Of a stretch of 64,000 nt of DNA, positions 25,071 to 38,556 are shown piece after piece. Numbering within the stretch: the first letter of the stretch is position 1; every line of letters starts with the position of its first letter. The translations under genes and the position numbers were made by a program. The stretch is taken from NCBI GenBank assembly GCA_028023455.1, contig JAQFVV010000007.1, positions 17,918,001-17,982,000 on the forward strand. Direction: 5' to 3'. The notes below the pieces were generated by a model. That model did not search any database and was not told the DNA's origin. It worked only from the letters and a program-made list of their open reading frames with translations. The DNA comes from Epiperipatus broadwayi (lineage: Eukaryota > Animalia > Onychophora).

Positions 25071-28000
25071 TAAAAGCCAATTACTTCAAACAACTGCCAC
25101 ATTTATCAAAAGCCAAAATGAAGTTTGTATCTCTAATTCACTAATAGTTGTGTATTTTTAAAAGAAAATTTATTTTCAAATTCATGCTTTTATCAGTATA
25201 TTTTTTATCTGCCTCTTATAGGAACCACGCATTGACGTAAACAAAAGTTTGAAAAAATCTTAGACTTTTATATTCTATGTTTATTCATTTTAAATACTGA
25301 AATTTTATTTTTTTTTAATTTGGCTACATTTAAGCATTTGGTTCCATTTTGAAATATGTGTCAACTGTTGCTGGCCCATTTAGCCTTGAAACTGAAGAAA
25401 GCAAAAATAGCTACAATTTCGAAAAGTATTCGGTGAATTTAAGCATTTGATTTAGGCGAAACTATCTTTTCTAAAAAAAATAATATTTAATCCATAAATG
25501 TCAACGGTTTATTAGCATAAAAATATAATTATTCTATTTTTAAGAAAAATTACGTAGAATAAATGTTTATGTATAAAATATGTTTCGAGTAATTGTTATA
25601 TTAATGCAAACTCCATAATTAGTGAAATCTGACATTATTCAAGTCACATTTGTGTGGAAACAAAACAGTTAACAATAAAATTGTGCCATCGGATCCAAAC
25701 TTAATAATGTCTATTCTTTTATATATAAATAGTATGGGTATCAATATTTTATAGATTTTTGACCGTTGTGGGTGTACGGACACTTGTAATATATAGATAC
25801 AGTATATATTTATTGGATATATAAACATAAATAGTTACTTTATATGTAAATGCAAATATGTGAATGCAAATATTTATTACATATTTGTGTATAAAGTAAA
25901 TTGTGATATCCAATACAAAATTGCATATAAATCTATATATAGTTAATTGTTTATATTTATAAGATTCTACTGGTGACAATATATATATATTATTGCAATC
26001 ATATAAGTGAATGATCTAATAATGCAATGGTTAGAATAAAGAACTGCCACACTCAAGGACTGGAATCCAAATTGAGATCAGGTAAAACCTGAAAATTTTC
26101 TTCATATACTATTTTGACTTGGATTGCTCATAGATGATACTAATAATCGGACATAGCTGTCAAATTGTTTGTCAGTAAATGAGTGTTATCTTCTCTTTCA
26201 GCTTTTCCCTCTAGAACTGTTTATCCCTAAAAAGTTATTTAAAATTGTTACATCTAATATATATATATAATCTTATAATTGAATATTTATTAAAAAAATA
26301 TGGATATCGATACCATATATTTCGAATGATCAAGTAAATTTTGTGAGGAAAATCTATAAAGATATATGTGACATTGCATTTTACATACCTCCTACATTAA
26401 ACAAATGAATAAATAACTCTAAAGATAAAACCTCATTTATAAATAAAAATTGCATCATTTATAAAGGGATAAGTAGGTGTGGTAGCAGATATATAGGAGA
26501 ATTGAGATGTACATTGGAAAAAAGAACTAAAGAACATTTGCTATTATTAAAAAGGGTTCAGAAAAAAAAAATTGCAAAGTAAATAATGTTTCAGCATCTG
26601 TTTTTTACGACCATAATAAGTCATGTATTTATGGTTTTAATTTCAATTATAATAATGTAAAAATATTGCAAATTGAAAAAAATAACTACAAAATGAAAAT
26701 AAAAGAAGCTATGCTAGTATACAAATACAAACAAGACTTAATTAACAGACAGGCAGCAAATATTAAGATCACAGAATTGTGGGAAGGTTAGCCTTTCAAA
26801 GTGTTAGTTGACAAAGACTATGAGGATAGTCGAAAATGCTCTTAAGTGGATAAAATTTTTAAAGTTATACTTTACATATATCTAATTACTACATTTATAA
26901 ATATTCAATCATAAGATTACGTATATTGATTTGAAGAAATACAGGCATTGAATTATAATATTATTACACACGCACATGCACACACCCCCATATATATATC
27001 AATCATGCTTTAACTGTAATGTTAAATATACTAGTAATGAGAGAAAGGTTACAATAGTAATGTTATAAAATTTAGCCAAAAGAAAAAAATAATGGCAATT
27101 AATGTACTGAAAGTCACTTATTTAACAATGGAGAGGGGCAAAAGATTGGATGTGCATGGGTACACTAGAAGACATTATTAATTTTGTATAATAACACAGG
27201 TCATGAACTATGGTTATTGTAGAATTTAAACTGTAACACTAACAATTACAGTACTGTTAAAAATTATGCTTTATTTTAATAATTGTGTAAAAATAATATT
27301 ATATTTTAAGGTTTTAAATCTCAGCAAGATGAAAATGAGAATATAATTTTGATTAAATTATATTTTATAGTCAATTGATTAATTAAATGAATTATTAACT
27401 AGAGTCTATTATGTGGGACTTAGACTGTAACATGGGAGTGCTCTGAGTGGTAGAGACATAGACTTTAATATAATACTACCATAAGAGAATAGAGAAAGTA
27501 TATAAAAGATGAAAAGCAACACTAGTTGATAATCTTTCATTAGTTTTTTTTTAATTTCTCTTGGGTTGCAGTTGCAAATAAAGCAGCTGAAAGTAGCACT
27601 CAGTCATTAGCCATTAATTAGTATTTAAAGACATCAAAAATAAAACTTTTTCAAAAAGTAGCATGTTTCTTCAAATGAAAAAAGAAGTTAATCTTGAGTT
27701 TACTACAAAAAGTAAACAACCAGTATTGAGAAGCTAAATTACTATCATCAGTTTTCAATTACAATCTATTCATCACTGGTATGCATTATAAAAGGGTTTG
27801 CTAATTGTCAAATTATTACATCATCATTAATGTGCGAAAAGTAGTCACTGGAAAATAGCTCTAAAAGTATCATAACTAATCTGCTTCTTTCCTGTAAAAT
27901 AAATGTTCCTTAATTGGTAGCCTGTTTAGATCTGAGGGTAGGGATGAAAATCAGCCAACAGATTAAAATAAAAAATGATATGAAAAAAATTGGCATTAAA

Positions 28001-29333
28001 GAAATTAAATCCATCCAAATTATTGTTATTAAAAAATAGCCATGGAAAAAACAAGATTTGGAAGATACTTTCAAATCAGAAAGATCAACCTGCTGAGAAG
28101 ATAATTATTTTAAAATCATCGAATCTGTTTTATTAAACGTTATCCTGCACGGGTACGAGTAAAAAAAAACAGTAAGATAAAATCAAATATGAAAGTATAT
28201 GGTTCCACTGAAAATTTGATAAGCTCTTAACTTTCATTATACCCTAATTAATTAGAATATTTCAAGGTGCTACCATTTAATTAGAAAAAGAATTAATTTG
28301 CAAACGTTTTATGATTAATATTTTTTTTCTTAATCTCTCTTAAAATTTTTATATAATTTGCACTTTTACATTTAAATAACATATTTTAATCTATAATATT
28401 TTTTTTAATTACGAGATATTAGACAATGTAATTTTTTATTTCATAAAGTGCGTATATAATTAACAAATGATTTACGTGTGTATATCTTTGACGAGGTTAA
28501 AAGGAGAGTAAATAAAGCATTAAACCTTACAGATAAATGTATCAAATAAAAATAAATTAATGTATTAAGTATTTAATTAAACGTGATTTGCATAAACTCC
28601 GAATTTCTTTGCAATTTCTTAATTCGTTAAATTATTTTAAAATTAAAGAATAGTAGTCGCATCCATTCTTTAATTCATTATTAATCTGAGTGAATAGCAT
28701 ACAGTTTACTTATATATGTGATTGTAGCTCTCCAATATATAAAAAGAATTCAAAGTATTCTCAAATTGTGCTAAGTAGCAGATAAGCTTAATATTATAGA
28801 ATAATTGTTTAAAAGGTAATAGGGGTAGACAAATAGAAAGTGGTTCCGGAAGATATAGAAGCATTCTTACCGTCAAAGTAAGTAATGCTGATTTGTATAA
28901 GCTAATATTAGCTAATATTCTATTTATGGTTAGTCCAGATGAATGATTCCCAGATAAATAAACAGGAGTAATCGTAACCAGAGTATTACTAAAGTATGGT
29001 TCTAGCAATGATTTGGATACTGGTCAATATTGCACTGGATAAATAAAGTATTTGTGAGCCGTTTTAGAATTAATCCTTTAATGTAACAATTGACTATTCT
29101 CTATACAATGGCTGCCACATATGTGGGATGATGAATAATTATCAATATCACAGTGCTCATCATATCTGCATTAACCTATCATGTGTAATACTGATTCCAC
29201 TGTATGCTCAATAATATTTATAGTCATGTATGTGTTATTTTAAAGCTACTGTTTTTCTATTACTATGTGAGTGCTACTACATAGAAGTCACAACTAAAGA
29301 ACTATAAGCTTGTTATATGATTAATTAATTATT

Positions 29334-30070
29334 ATGGTATTTGTGCATTATCTAGACTACCAAGCTTGACAGCCTTTTTTTTAATTATACAGTTTCAGGA
29401 GCATACAATAAATATTTTAAACAAAATGGCTGACAAAAAGTAGAAGTATTTAATATTTACAGTTTTAATTATTATTGTTGTTATTGTTTTTTTTTTTAAA
29501 AATTTCTATAAAAATTAATTATAATCTTTTCACTTTTTTTATTATTTTTTTGTACTAAGTCAATTTATTAATATAAAATTAATAAAAATACAAAAAATGT
29601 AAAGTGTCATATCATACCCATTAATGCCTTTCAATTTATTAATATAAAAATAAAAATATAAGAAACATAAAGTGTCATATTGTTCATTAACACAGACTTT
29701 TCATGAGGACAGGATTCCATACATTTGGAAATATTCCACTGCATGCTGTTCTCTTAAAGGAAGATCCCAAACTTTCATTATTTTTCCAAAATGATAGTGA
29801 CAAAAATAAAGATGCTGAATGTAAACAAAGTATAACAATGTTCAGAGCTTGTCAGTGTTTACATATTATAATAAGAATTAAAATAATTGAAATAAAGTTT
29901 CTGAATGGAATTTATAATCAATTTATTAATTTTTTTAACATAATGACCAACACATATTCAGAAAAATAAATGGGGAAACAAACATAAACAATACTTATAG
30001 AGCCCCTGAAATTGTATAATATAAAAAATGGCTTTCAAGCTTGGTAGACTAGATAATCCACAAGTACCAT
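29334..30070. mobile_element. MITE-like element, about 737 bp, with about 70-bp TIRs
   Basis: atggtatttgtgcattatctagactaccaagcttgacagcc... pairs with ...ggctttcaagcttggtagactagataatccacaagtaccat. Confidence 0.7.
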
Positions 30071-30474
30071 TATTATTTATATTTTTAATAAATAAAAAAT
30101 AGGTTCATGTACCTTGAATTGGATGTAAATAAATTTAAAGAGATATCAGCTCCAAAATTATGTGAAATGCCTTTTTTGCAGAGCTGTCATAATACATGGG
30201 GAAAAATGAAAACTCACTCTGCAGTGTTATATTTGTGTGAATTGTTGTCAATGCTCCAAGGCAGTTGAAGAATAAATTTTTCTTGAAATGTATGTATACT
30301 ACATTGTGGTTGGTGATTTTCTTCATGTAGTATGGCAGACATAATAAACAATGTATTATTACACCACAATGATTGGAGTTGACATCTCTTCAAATTTATT
30401 TACATCTAATTCAAGGTATAATAACTTATTTGCTATATATTAAGATTTTGAATTTCTTTATTAAGGTTTTAATA

Positions 30475-31555
30475 ATAAATTGGTACTCTTTTGATAGCCA
30501 GGCATGGCCACTTGATGGCGTTGTTTTTGTAAAAAAAAAAAAAACAATCAAATGTAACATTACCGGGCCAAGACTTTTATTTTATTAATAAAACCAAACA
30601 AAATTTTAAAAAAAAAATTTTTTTTGTTATTTTTAAACTTTTTTATATGTTTCTACACATAAACAAGTGGTCGTGCCCAGCTATCAAAAGGGTACTGAAT
30701 ATTTTATTTAAAAAAAAAAAAAAACAATTTAATACAAATACTCAAAGTTAAAAATGTTTTTTTTTTTTTAAAATAAGATATAAAATTTAAAGATGTAGTA
30801 GAAAAGTAAAACTCTTGAAAAAAAAAGGGTGTGATTGTTTTTATTTTTTGTTTTGAAAAATCATAAAAAAGTAAACAAATTTTATTAAAAAACAAAACAA
30901 AAATGGCCATGCCCAGCTATCAAAAGAGTATCAAAAATTCTTACTTTTTAGTATTTGTATTAAATTATTTTTTTTAAATAAAATCTTGTTCTCCTTTTTT
31001 TTTTTTTTGGTTTTTGTTTATTCTTCTGCTAAACAAAAATAACTTTAGTTGTCTTTCTATTTATTAATTTCTGGAAAACAATTATTTTTTTTAGCATAAT
31101 ACACAACAAATAATATATGAGATGAACCACTTTCAAAAACATTATTCGGGAGTCTTGGTTTATTTTTCTCATACATTTACTCGTGAAAACGTGACTTACC
31201 ATGTTATTTCTTTGCTAATGTTTTTCACATTTCAAGTTGTGTTGGAAAAGGTGGGGACAGTGTGACAATTCTTAGTAATTTAGACTATGTGATTTAAGTA
31301 GAAATTAAATTACTATGTTTTTGAGATAGCCAACTGTGAATTGTGCGAATTCACATGAAGTGTTATGAAGTATAAAGCAGGTATAATATTACTGTGCAAT
31401 GCCATCAAGCAGCCTAAAATGCCTAATACAACAAAACTGTTGTATTAACCATAAGAACAGCTGTGTAAGCAACATTTTTATGTGTTTTACACATAAACAA
31501 CACCATCAAGTGGCCACACCCAGCTATCAATACAGTACCAATAAATCTCTTATTG
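30475..31555. repeat. Foldback-like element with a repeated motif of about 40 bp
   Basis: The motif caagtggccatgcccagctatcaaaagagtacc occurs directly near 30664, 30903 and 31506 and inverted near 30480-30520. Confidence 0.55.
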
Positions 31556-33055
31556 CAACTTGAATAATATATATACATGTTGGAACAATAGGTGCTGGTA
31601 GTTCTAAATATCACACTTTAACACCAAGTCAATTACCATTACAATATTAATATAAATCATGTGATTATTATGTTTGCATGTATTGTTGATGATACTCCAA
31701 GGAAATTGCTGAAGAAGTTACTTTTAAAATGCATGTACTTTGTAAAGCAATTGGTCAATTTTGGTAGACACTGGCACTTTCAAATATGTATTCATCTTTG
31801 AAGTAATTTGTACTCTGCATTTTTTGTAATTTTGTAGGGCTATAATTTTCCATAGTATGGATTAGTTTTTCATAGTAAACATTAATTACAGACTACTTCT
31901 AGATGGTCTTATTGATTCTTGACTAGGAGTTGAAGTCTAGTCTGGGTACAATTTTTTTAAAGGTTATTTTTTAGATAGTTGACCTATATTCAACTCGGTT
32001 AGCTGTCCAGTTAAAAGGCTTATATAAAATAGGATATAATCTCATTAAAAATAATAGATGTCTTGCTTTACTTTTAACAATTGCTTTTTTAAAAAGTTTT
32101 CAAAAGTTATATTCCAAGTGCAAACATATATTTTTAATCATGTGACTAGTTAAGCATTATCACCAAACATATTCAAAATCAAGAAAATACTATTTTCAAA
32201 AAAACATGATCAGAAAGAAAAGTATAAGATGAATCACCAAAACGAAATCTTCATTCAGCTGCCAAAAGTTGTAAAGTTATCATATTAATTCAATAATATT
32301 CTTAAAAAATATATGTATAACTTTAATCTTATTGCATATACTCTAATTACATGAATAAATGCAACCAAAAAAGGCCAATATATACAGATTCATTTCATGG
32401 TGAACCAACATTTATCAATTCAACTACTTCACAAGCTCTTACATTTAACATATAAACTCTCAGAGGAAAATTTATTATTATTTATAGAATGTCAAAAAAA
32501 GATGTCTTCTAAATCCTCATGCTTACAAAACAGCAGTCTTGGCTTTATATCATTATATAATAATTTGGGTTAAAAGTAAAAGAGGATTTCATTTTTCTTT
32601 TATTTAAACTCGGGGCAAAAGAACTATAATAGAATGCTAGAAAAAAATATTTATCCTTAATTTATTTATTAGTGACTGATAGTTTCCTAATGCCATGGAA
32701 AGTAAATTTATCTCTGGTTGTTTACATGGATATCCCTCAATTTTCATTGTTTACATGATAATAAATCTACAAACATGTTTAGCTTAGTTTAGATATGTAT
32801 AATAAAGTAAATATTATAATTATATTATTATATTTGGACAAAAGTGGAATGGAGTTGAATTAATCACTCCATGTCATTATGTTAAATAATAATAAATATA
32901 TTCATTTTTAATTAAAGTTTGAAGTTTAGATATGGATTAAAATGATGTGATAATTTCTAGCTTAATAGATGATTATTAATAAGCATTAAGGTAGCTAGCT
33001 GTTTGGGGAGGATGGTGGCATACCTTTTCAATAAAAATCATTAACTTTTATAAAT

Positions 33056-35560
33056 TATCATCATCCTTTTTAATTATTATTGATCCATTAGAGAATGAAA
33101 GTTTCTCCAAATTTAATTCAGCTTCTCAGATCCTTAGCTTATTTTCAATCTCTTATTACTTCTAACATATCTCTTCATACTTCATTGCATGATCTGATAA
33201 CTCTGTGTTACTTTTCTATTAAGAATTCATATTTCAAATTCATAAGTAAGAGTTTTTTTTAAAGGCATAAACATATGTCTTTTAATATTAAATTATTTCT
33301 GTCAAAAATACTCTATCCAAGCTAAATTTCATAATTAATTTGGTCCATTCTGTTTCCATCTCTATTAATAATTTTACCAAGATATTTGTATTTTTTAATT
33401 TCTTTTAATCCGTATTTATTAATCTTTATTTTCTTCTGAGAAAATCCTTAAACATTATTTTACCTTTTTTAGTATTTATCTTCGGTTCTATTTTTTTTTT
33501 TACTTTCCTCCAATAATTCTTCAACATTTTCTGAAGTCCTGATATATTATTTATAAAAACAACCACGATATCTGAAAAATCTAGATGAGTTAAAGAATCA
33601 CCATTTTTACTTCTTTAGTTTTTTATTTTGATATCCAAAATAATTATTGTAAAACTGCTGTAAAAATTTTGGAAAAATAGAATCACTTGATGTATATCCT
33701 TCTCAATGCTAATCTTCCTAATATCATCATGTAATTTAATCATTGCTGTTAGATTTTGATAAATATTTTTTCAGAATATGCCTCTATGTCTTGATAATTC
33801 AATGTTTTAACTATGTAGAAATGCTTATAGAATTAAGTGACTTTCTCACAATCTGCAAATTCAAAGCATAATGACAACTCATATTCATTGTTTTTTCCTA
33901 TAACTTATCTCATTACTTGAACATGATTCATTGTACAAAACCTATTTTAAATCCAGCTTGTTCTTTTAGTTGGTTAAAATCCAAAGTTCACTGTAGATAA
34001 ATCTTAATTATCTTGATAAATGATAGATCTGTAATTTTTAATATTCTTGTTTCTCATCTTTTTAAATATTAATATTACTACTCATTCTTCCAATCAGCTG
34101 GTACCTCTTATCATTTAAACATTTAGCTTATTACTTTGCTAACAGTTTTTCAATTTCTTCATCTGCTTCTTTTAAACTATCGATTATAATTCCATAATGT
34201 TTTAGAGTTTCTCCTTTTTCACAGATTTAATTATGTGTTTTCATTTTTCTTTAAAATGCTGGCAAGTTGTAAAATATTATAACTTTGCTTTGTCATTCTC
34301 TATTGAACTTAATTTTTTATAGAACTTTTTCACACATTTTATGATGTCATGTCTAATTCCACTTTCTGTTCTTATTGCAAAAATAATTTTCCTTCTATTA
34401 TCAAGCTATTTTTATACGGTTTTGAGACTCTTATTCTTTTCTATATCTTTCGTTGCCCATTCATAGTGACGTTTTTAAATATTACAATTATTATTATTTT
34501 TTTTATCATTTTACAAAATTCTAGATATTCACTTCTTCTTAATGGATCATTAAAAAAAAATTCGTTCTTTTTTATATATATTCTCTCATATCTGAAATTT
34601 ACTAAAAAATTGATGCTTTTAGGTAGTAGCCATCTTTGATGCAGTTTTTAATAAAGTATCAGTTATTGTCTTATTCGTTTCAGTCAAATCTGAACCATTT
34701 TAAAAATCTGTTAGTATTTTTAAATGTTTGCAAATTTTAATTTAAATTCGAGTATTTCTGTGGATTAGGAGAATCAACTGTTAAGACTGACTTTCGTAAC
34801 CATTTTTGTGACTCTAGTTTTGTATTAACACATATTTGAACTTAATTCCTCTAATGATGATTACGTTCTGTCTTGTTCTATCCATTAAGAGAATTACAAT
34901 TTTGAAATACATATTTTCTGTTATTTATAATATAATCCAATTGTACCTTAATATGTACACTTTCATGACTATTTTTATTTAACATTTTTCTCAAAAAATA
35001 TAAAAAACTTCATAATACGCAGTTTTTCTTTTTGTTATTTATCTTATTTCTATCACCATGACCAAAAAAAAAATATAGATATTTGTCAGTTTCAGCATTA
35101 AATTCTCTCATCATTTTAAAATGTTATTTAGTCTGATAAAAAGCATTTTTAATATCCTCATAAAAAGTTTTTGCTTCATCATAATGAGAACTTGGAATAT
35201 ATGCCTGAATTGTCTGCACTCGATATTTTTCATTAAGTTTAACAACTAATCTAGCCACCAATCTCCACATTGCTGTTCGTCTACTTTTTATTTATAATAA
35301 ATCCCATTCCATTTGTGCTTCTAAACTTTGTGCCTTTGTACAAAAATAAAATGCCCACTTTGTAAATCAATTTGTTTCTTCCTCTTTTCTTTTAACTTCA
35401 CAAAGTTCATCCAGTTCTTTTAATTTGTGCAATCTCTATTCATTTGAAAGAAAACTGCTAAAATAAAAGATTGTCATTGAGTGTCAGCCTGCATTTTTTA
35501 TCAAAGAATTCTTAACTCCCTCTGTATTTAAACATCAACTGCTATCTTGGGTAGCAATTT
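33056..35560 (-). mobile_element. Old near-full-length RTE-clade LINE (APE plus RT), decayed
   Basis: Related 3' end at 33056. RT segments align with the 9127-10570 copy. APE motif RVQTIQAYIPSSHYDEAKTFYEDI near 35150-35220. Confidence 0.8.
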
Positions 35561-35726
35561 ATCTGTCATAATCATAAATATTTATTTAAAAACTATTCAC
35601 ACACACATTCATCATATCTTCAATAAAATTCAATTAATATTTCACTTAAGAATTATAAGGCAACTGAAGTGAAAAGTCATGGCTTTTTTTATCTTAACTT
35701 CAGAGATAAAAAGCCTATAAACTCAC

Positions 35727-35777
35727 CTTGCTGATGGGTGATTGCTGATGAGCAGCCCATCCAGGCAACAATAATAG
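35727..35777 (-). other. Candidate small exon
   Basis: Strong donor CAAG|gtgagt; weak acceptor; frame LLLLPGWAAHQQSPISK. Confidence 0.2.
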
Positions 35778-36288
35778 CTACATCACATGATGAACATTCT
35801 TTATGCTTACACAAGTTGTAAACACAGAAGAAAAACTCTCCATACAGTAGTGTCACTCAGTGCAAGCCAGAGTAATCAATGAATGCAAGGAGGCTTATAC
35901 ATAAAGCCCCATCTAGTGCTTATTCATCCCCAGACTCATTTCTAGCTTGTGGTTTTTATCAGTGAGGAGTCTTGGATCAGAGAGCACTGCACCTAGACCT
36001 TAGGATCTAATGCTCAATAGGATTGTTATGACTATGGTCATTAAAGAACCAAAGACAGCAAAATGTATAAATGCTGAAATGAGTCCAGATTTATATGACT
36101 ATACAAGCAAATGAGAGTGAATTGAAAGCATTGTATTTCCACTTTGGACTCAAAGCTTTATAGTTAACTATAAAGCTAAAAGGTGCTTGCTGGTGGGGCT
36201 GCTTTAGATTCTAAGGTCTAGATGCAGTGCTCTCAGATCCAAGATTTCTCACTGATGCCAGCTACAAGCTAGAAACTAGTCTAGATAT

Positions 36289-38490
36289 TGTTACTGGTCC
36301 CCTATTAAACCGTTCCTAAAAGGGATTGTGAGCTCCAAAACAAACATGATACAGCGTAAAGATTTATTTATTTTCCTATATCAATAGTTGTTCATTATCA
36401 ACACAAGGGGGCGCCAGATACGATGATTTAATTTACAATTTAATTTCTCGCATCACCTTACGTCATATCAAAACGATTTCAAAGTCTAATCCCCGCCCAT
36501 AAGCTCAAACTCCTAGCATGGACCAATAAGGGTCACTCAGGGTCGCGATGTAATTTTTTTCTAGACTATTATTCTGGCAAAAGACACAATACTAACCAAT
36601 GGAGAAGAAGCTTGGTTGATTAACAGATCGGTCCAAATATTGGACCGGGTCATTGGTTATTTGCAACTAATACGAATGTTCGGTTTATGCATCATTATAT
36701 AAAAAAATTAGAAGCTTATAATATCACCCCCTCTTTATCATACAGTCCAATAGAATTATTCACACTAGCTTTATTGACATTTACTTATACTTATTAATAA
36801 TAGGCCCTCCCAACTCTTAAACCTATCTTAACTACATAATAAATAAACATCGTGACTTACGGCACGATGAAATTTAAAGAAATAAACAAAACAAAAAAAA
36901 TACAAGAAAGACAAATTTAAAAGTAAAATAATTAATTGCATGAATAAATGCTGATTATAATAATTAAAAAAATATATATTTTAATTATAGAGAATGATTT
37001 GAGGAATGCTCGACTTGTTTAAATAAAAAAAAATTTATTGAATATAAATAAAATGAAACATTGATTAATAGCTTTATTTGCACGCACATACACGCATTCT
37101 CGCACTCGCACAGAAAAGAACATATTATGTATAATAAACATGGATGATAAAATATATTTCCTTCCTTTACATTTTGAAATTAGGTGTGTGTTATAGTTTA
37201 TCTGCGAAAGAAAATAATAATTAGGATCACAGTTCATAACAGGAAAAGTCCTAAGATTTAAATATGAGGAACTATGTAGCATCTGATATTTTTTTATTTA
37301 CGAAAGTTGAGATTAAAATAATAAGATTTAAATATGAGGGATTACGGATCATTTTATATTTTGATTTACGAAAGTCGAATTTAATTAATTATGAGATTGC
37401 CTTTTAAAGTCTACGTAAAGAAAGAATGGGAGCATAAAAAAATAAAGTGTTTACCTAGGATTTTGCGTAGTCTTCTGCTGCTTCTAATTTGGTGAGGGTT
37501 CGAACCTGGTGGATAATGTTTCCATAATAAATGGTTATTCATTTCATATAAGTTCAGCGTAGTATGTTTGGACGATTCTTGTATATTAAACGGAACAACG
37601 TCCTTGGACTGATTGGAGTACGATGTTCGGACGGCACTGTTGTTGATCATTCATAGCTGTGGAGATGTTCTGGTGGCGGAGCGTCGATCAATCACTGAAG
37701 GGTTTCTTAGCCCATCATGACGATCGACGCTCTAAATGTTAATTTCATAGTGATCATATTGGATAAACCGGATAGCAAAAAAAAAGAGAAAAGTTCTAGT
37801 TGTAGCTTCCGTAGGAATCAAAAAAAAAAACTATAAGCATAAGCATAAAAAAAAAGTGTAAAAGAACAAAGACTAAGACTCCTATTTATATGGGTTGGTT
37901 ATTATCTGAGGATCGAATCTCCACCCAGAGTTCAATATTCTTTGAGTTGTCGTTGGGGTCCGTGTCCTACGTAATGTTCATTCAATCCATATGCTTGAGG
38001 CAATCTTAGGTTTATGCAATCTCACATTGCAATCTCAGTTAGAAAAAATTCATACTTATTCACCTTTTATACATACATGTGTGCGTGTTTTAAGAGAACA
38101 ATTTAACTTACATCAGTTTAAAAGTCGAGCATTTAATCTCAAAATCACCTCTATAAGCTTTTAACTTTCACTATAGTTATAATTTAAAATAAACCCCTTT
38201 TTAATTACCCCCGCGGCATATACAAGTAGAGATCACTTATTGAGATTTAAAATGGCATATTAGTGATGCTTTATATTTTATTTTTTTAGAGAATATTATT
38301 ATAGTAGATTATATGAAAGCCTTAAATTATTTAATCAGAAATATTAACATTTTATTTTATAGTGTATTTTATAAAGCATTGAAAGAAAACTATATTTATT
38401 TTTATCATAAGTTGAAAGTAAATAAAAAATAGAGTATTTACATTGCTTGTGTGTGTGGGTATATACCTGTACCGACTTTGTCTCGGTACA
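36289..38490 (-). repeat. 3' LTR (2202 bp)
   Basis: Direct repeat of 42654-44861; by eye about 13 substitutions and 3 indels. Confidence 0.97.
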
Positions 38491-38507
38491 TATCCCCGCG
38501 ATCCGTC
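38491..38507 (-). other. Putative polypurine tract (imperfect)
   Basis: GACGGATCGCGGGGATA lies directly before the 3' LTR on the minus strand; 12 of 17 bases are purines. Confidence 0.5.
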
Positions 38508-38556
38508 TAAAATTAAAATGCGATGATTGGAATTTTAATTTTCACAATAAAATCCT

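Noticed and set aside
28706-29008. 100-aa minus-strand ORF
   Set aside because: No domain recognised and no splice or start context; could be a decayed TE fragment.
37019-37650. 87-aa and 79-aa ORFs in the LTRs (duplicated at 43384-44015) as env or accessory genes
   Set aside because: No recognisable motif, AT-rich composition; they recur only because the LTR is duplicated.
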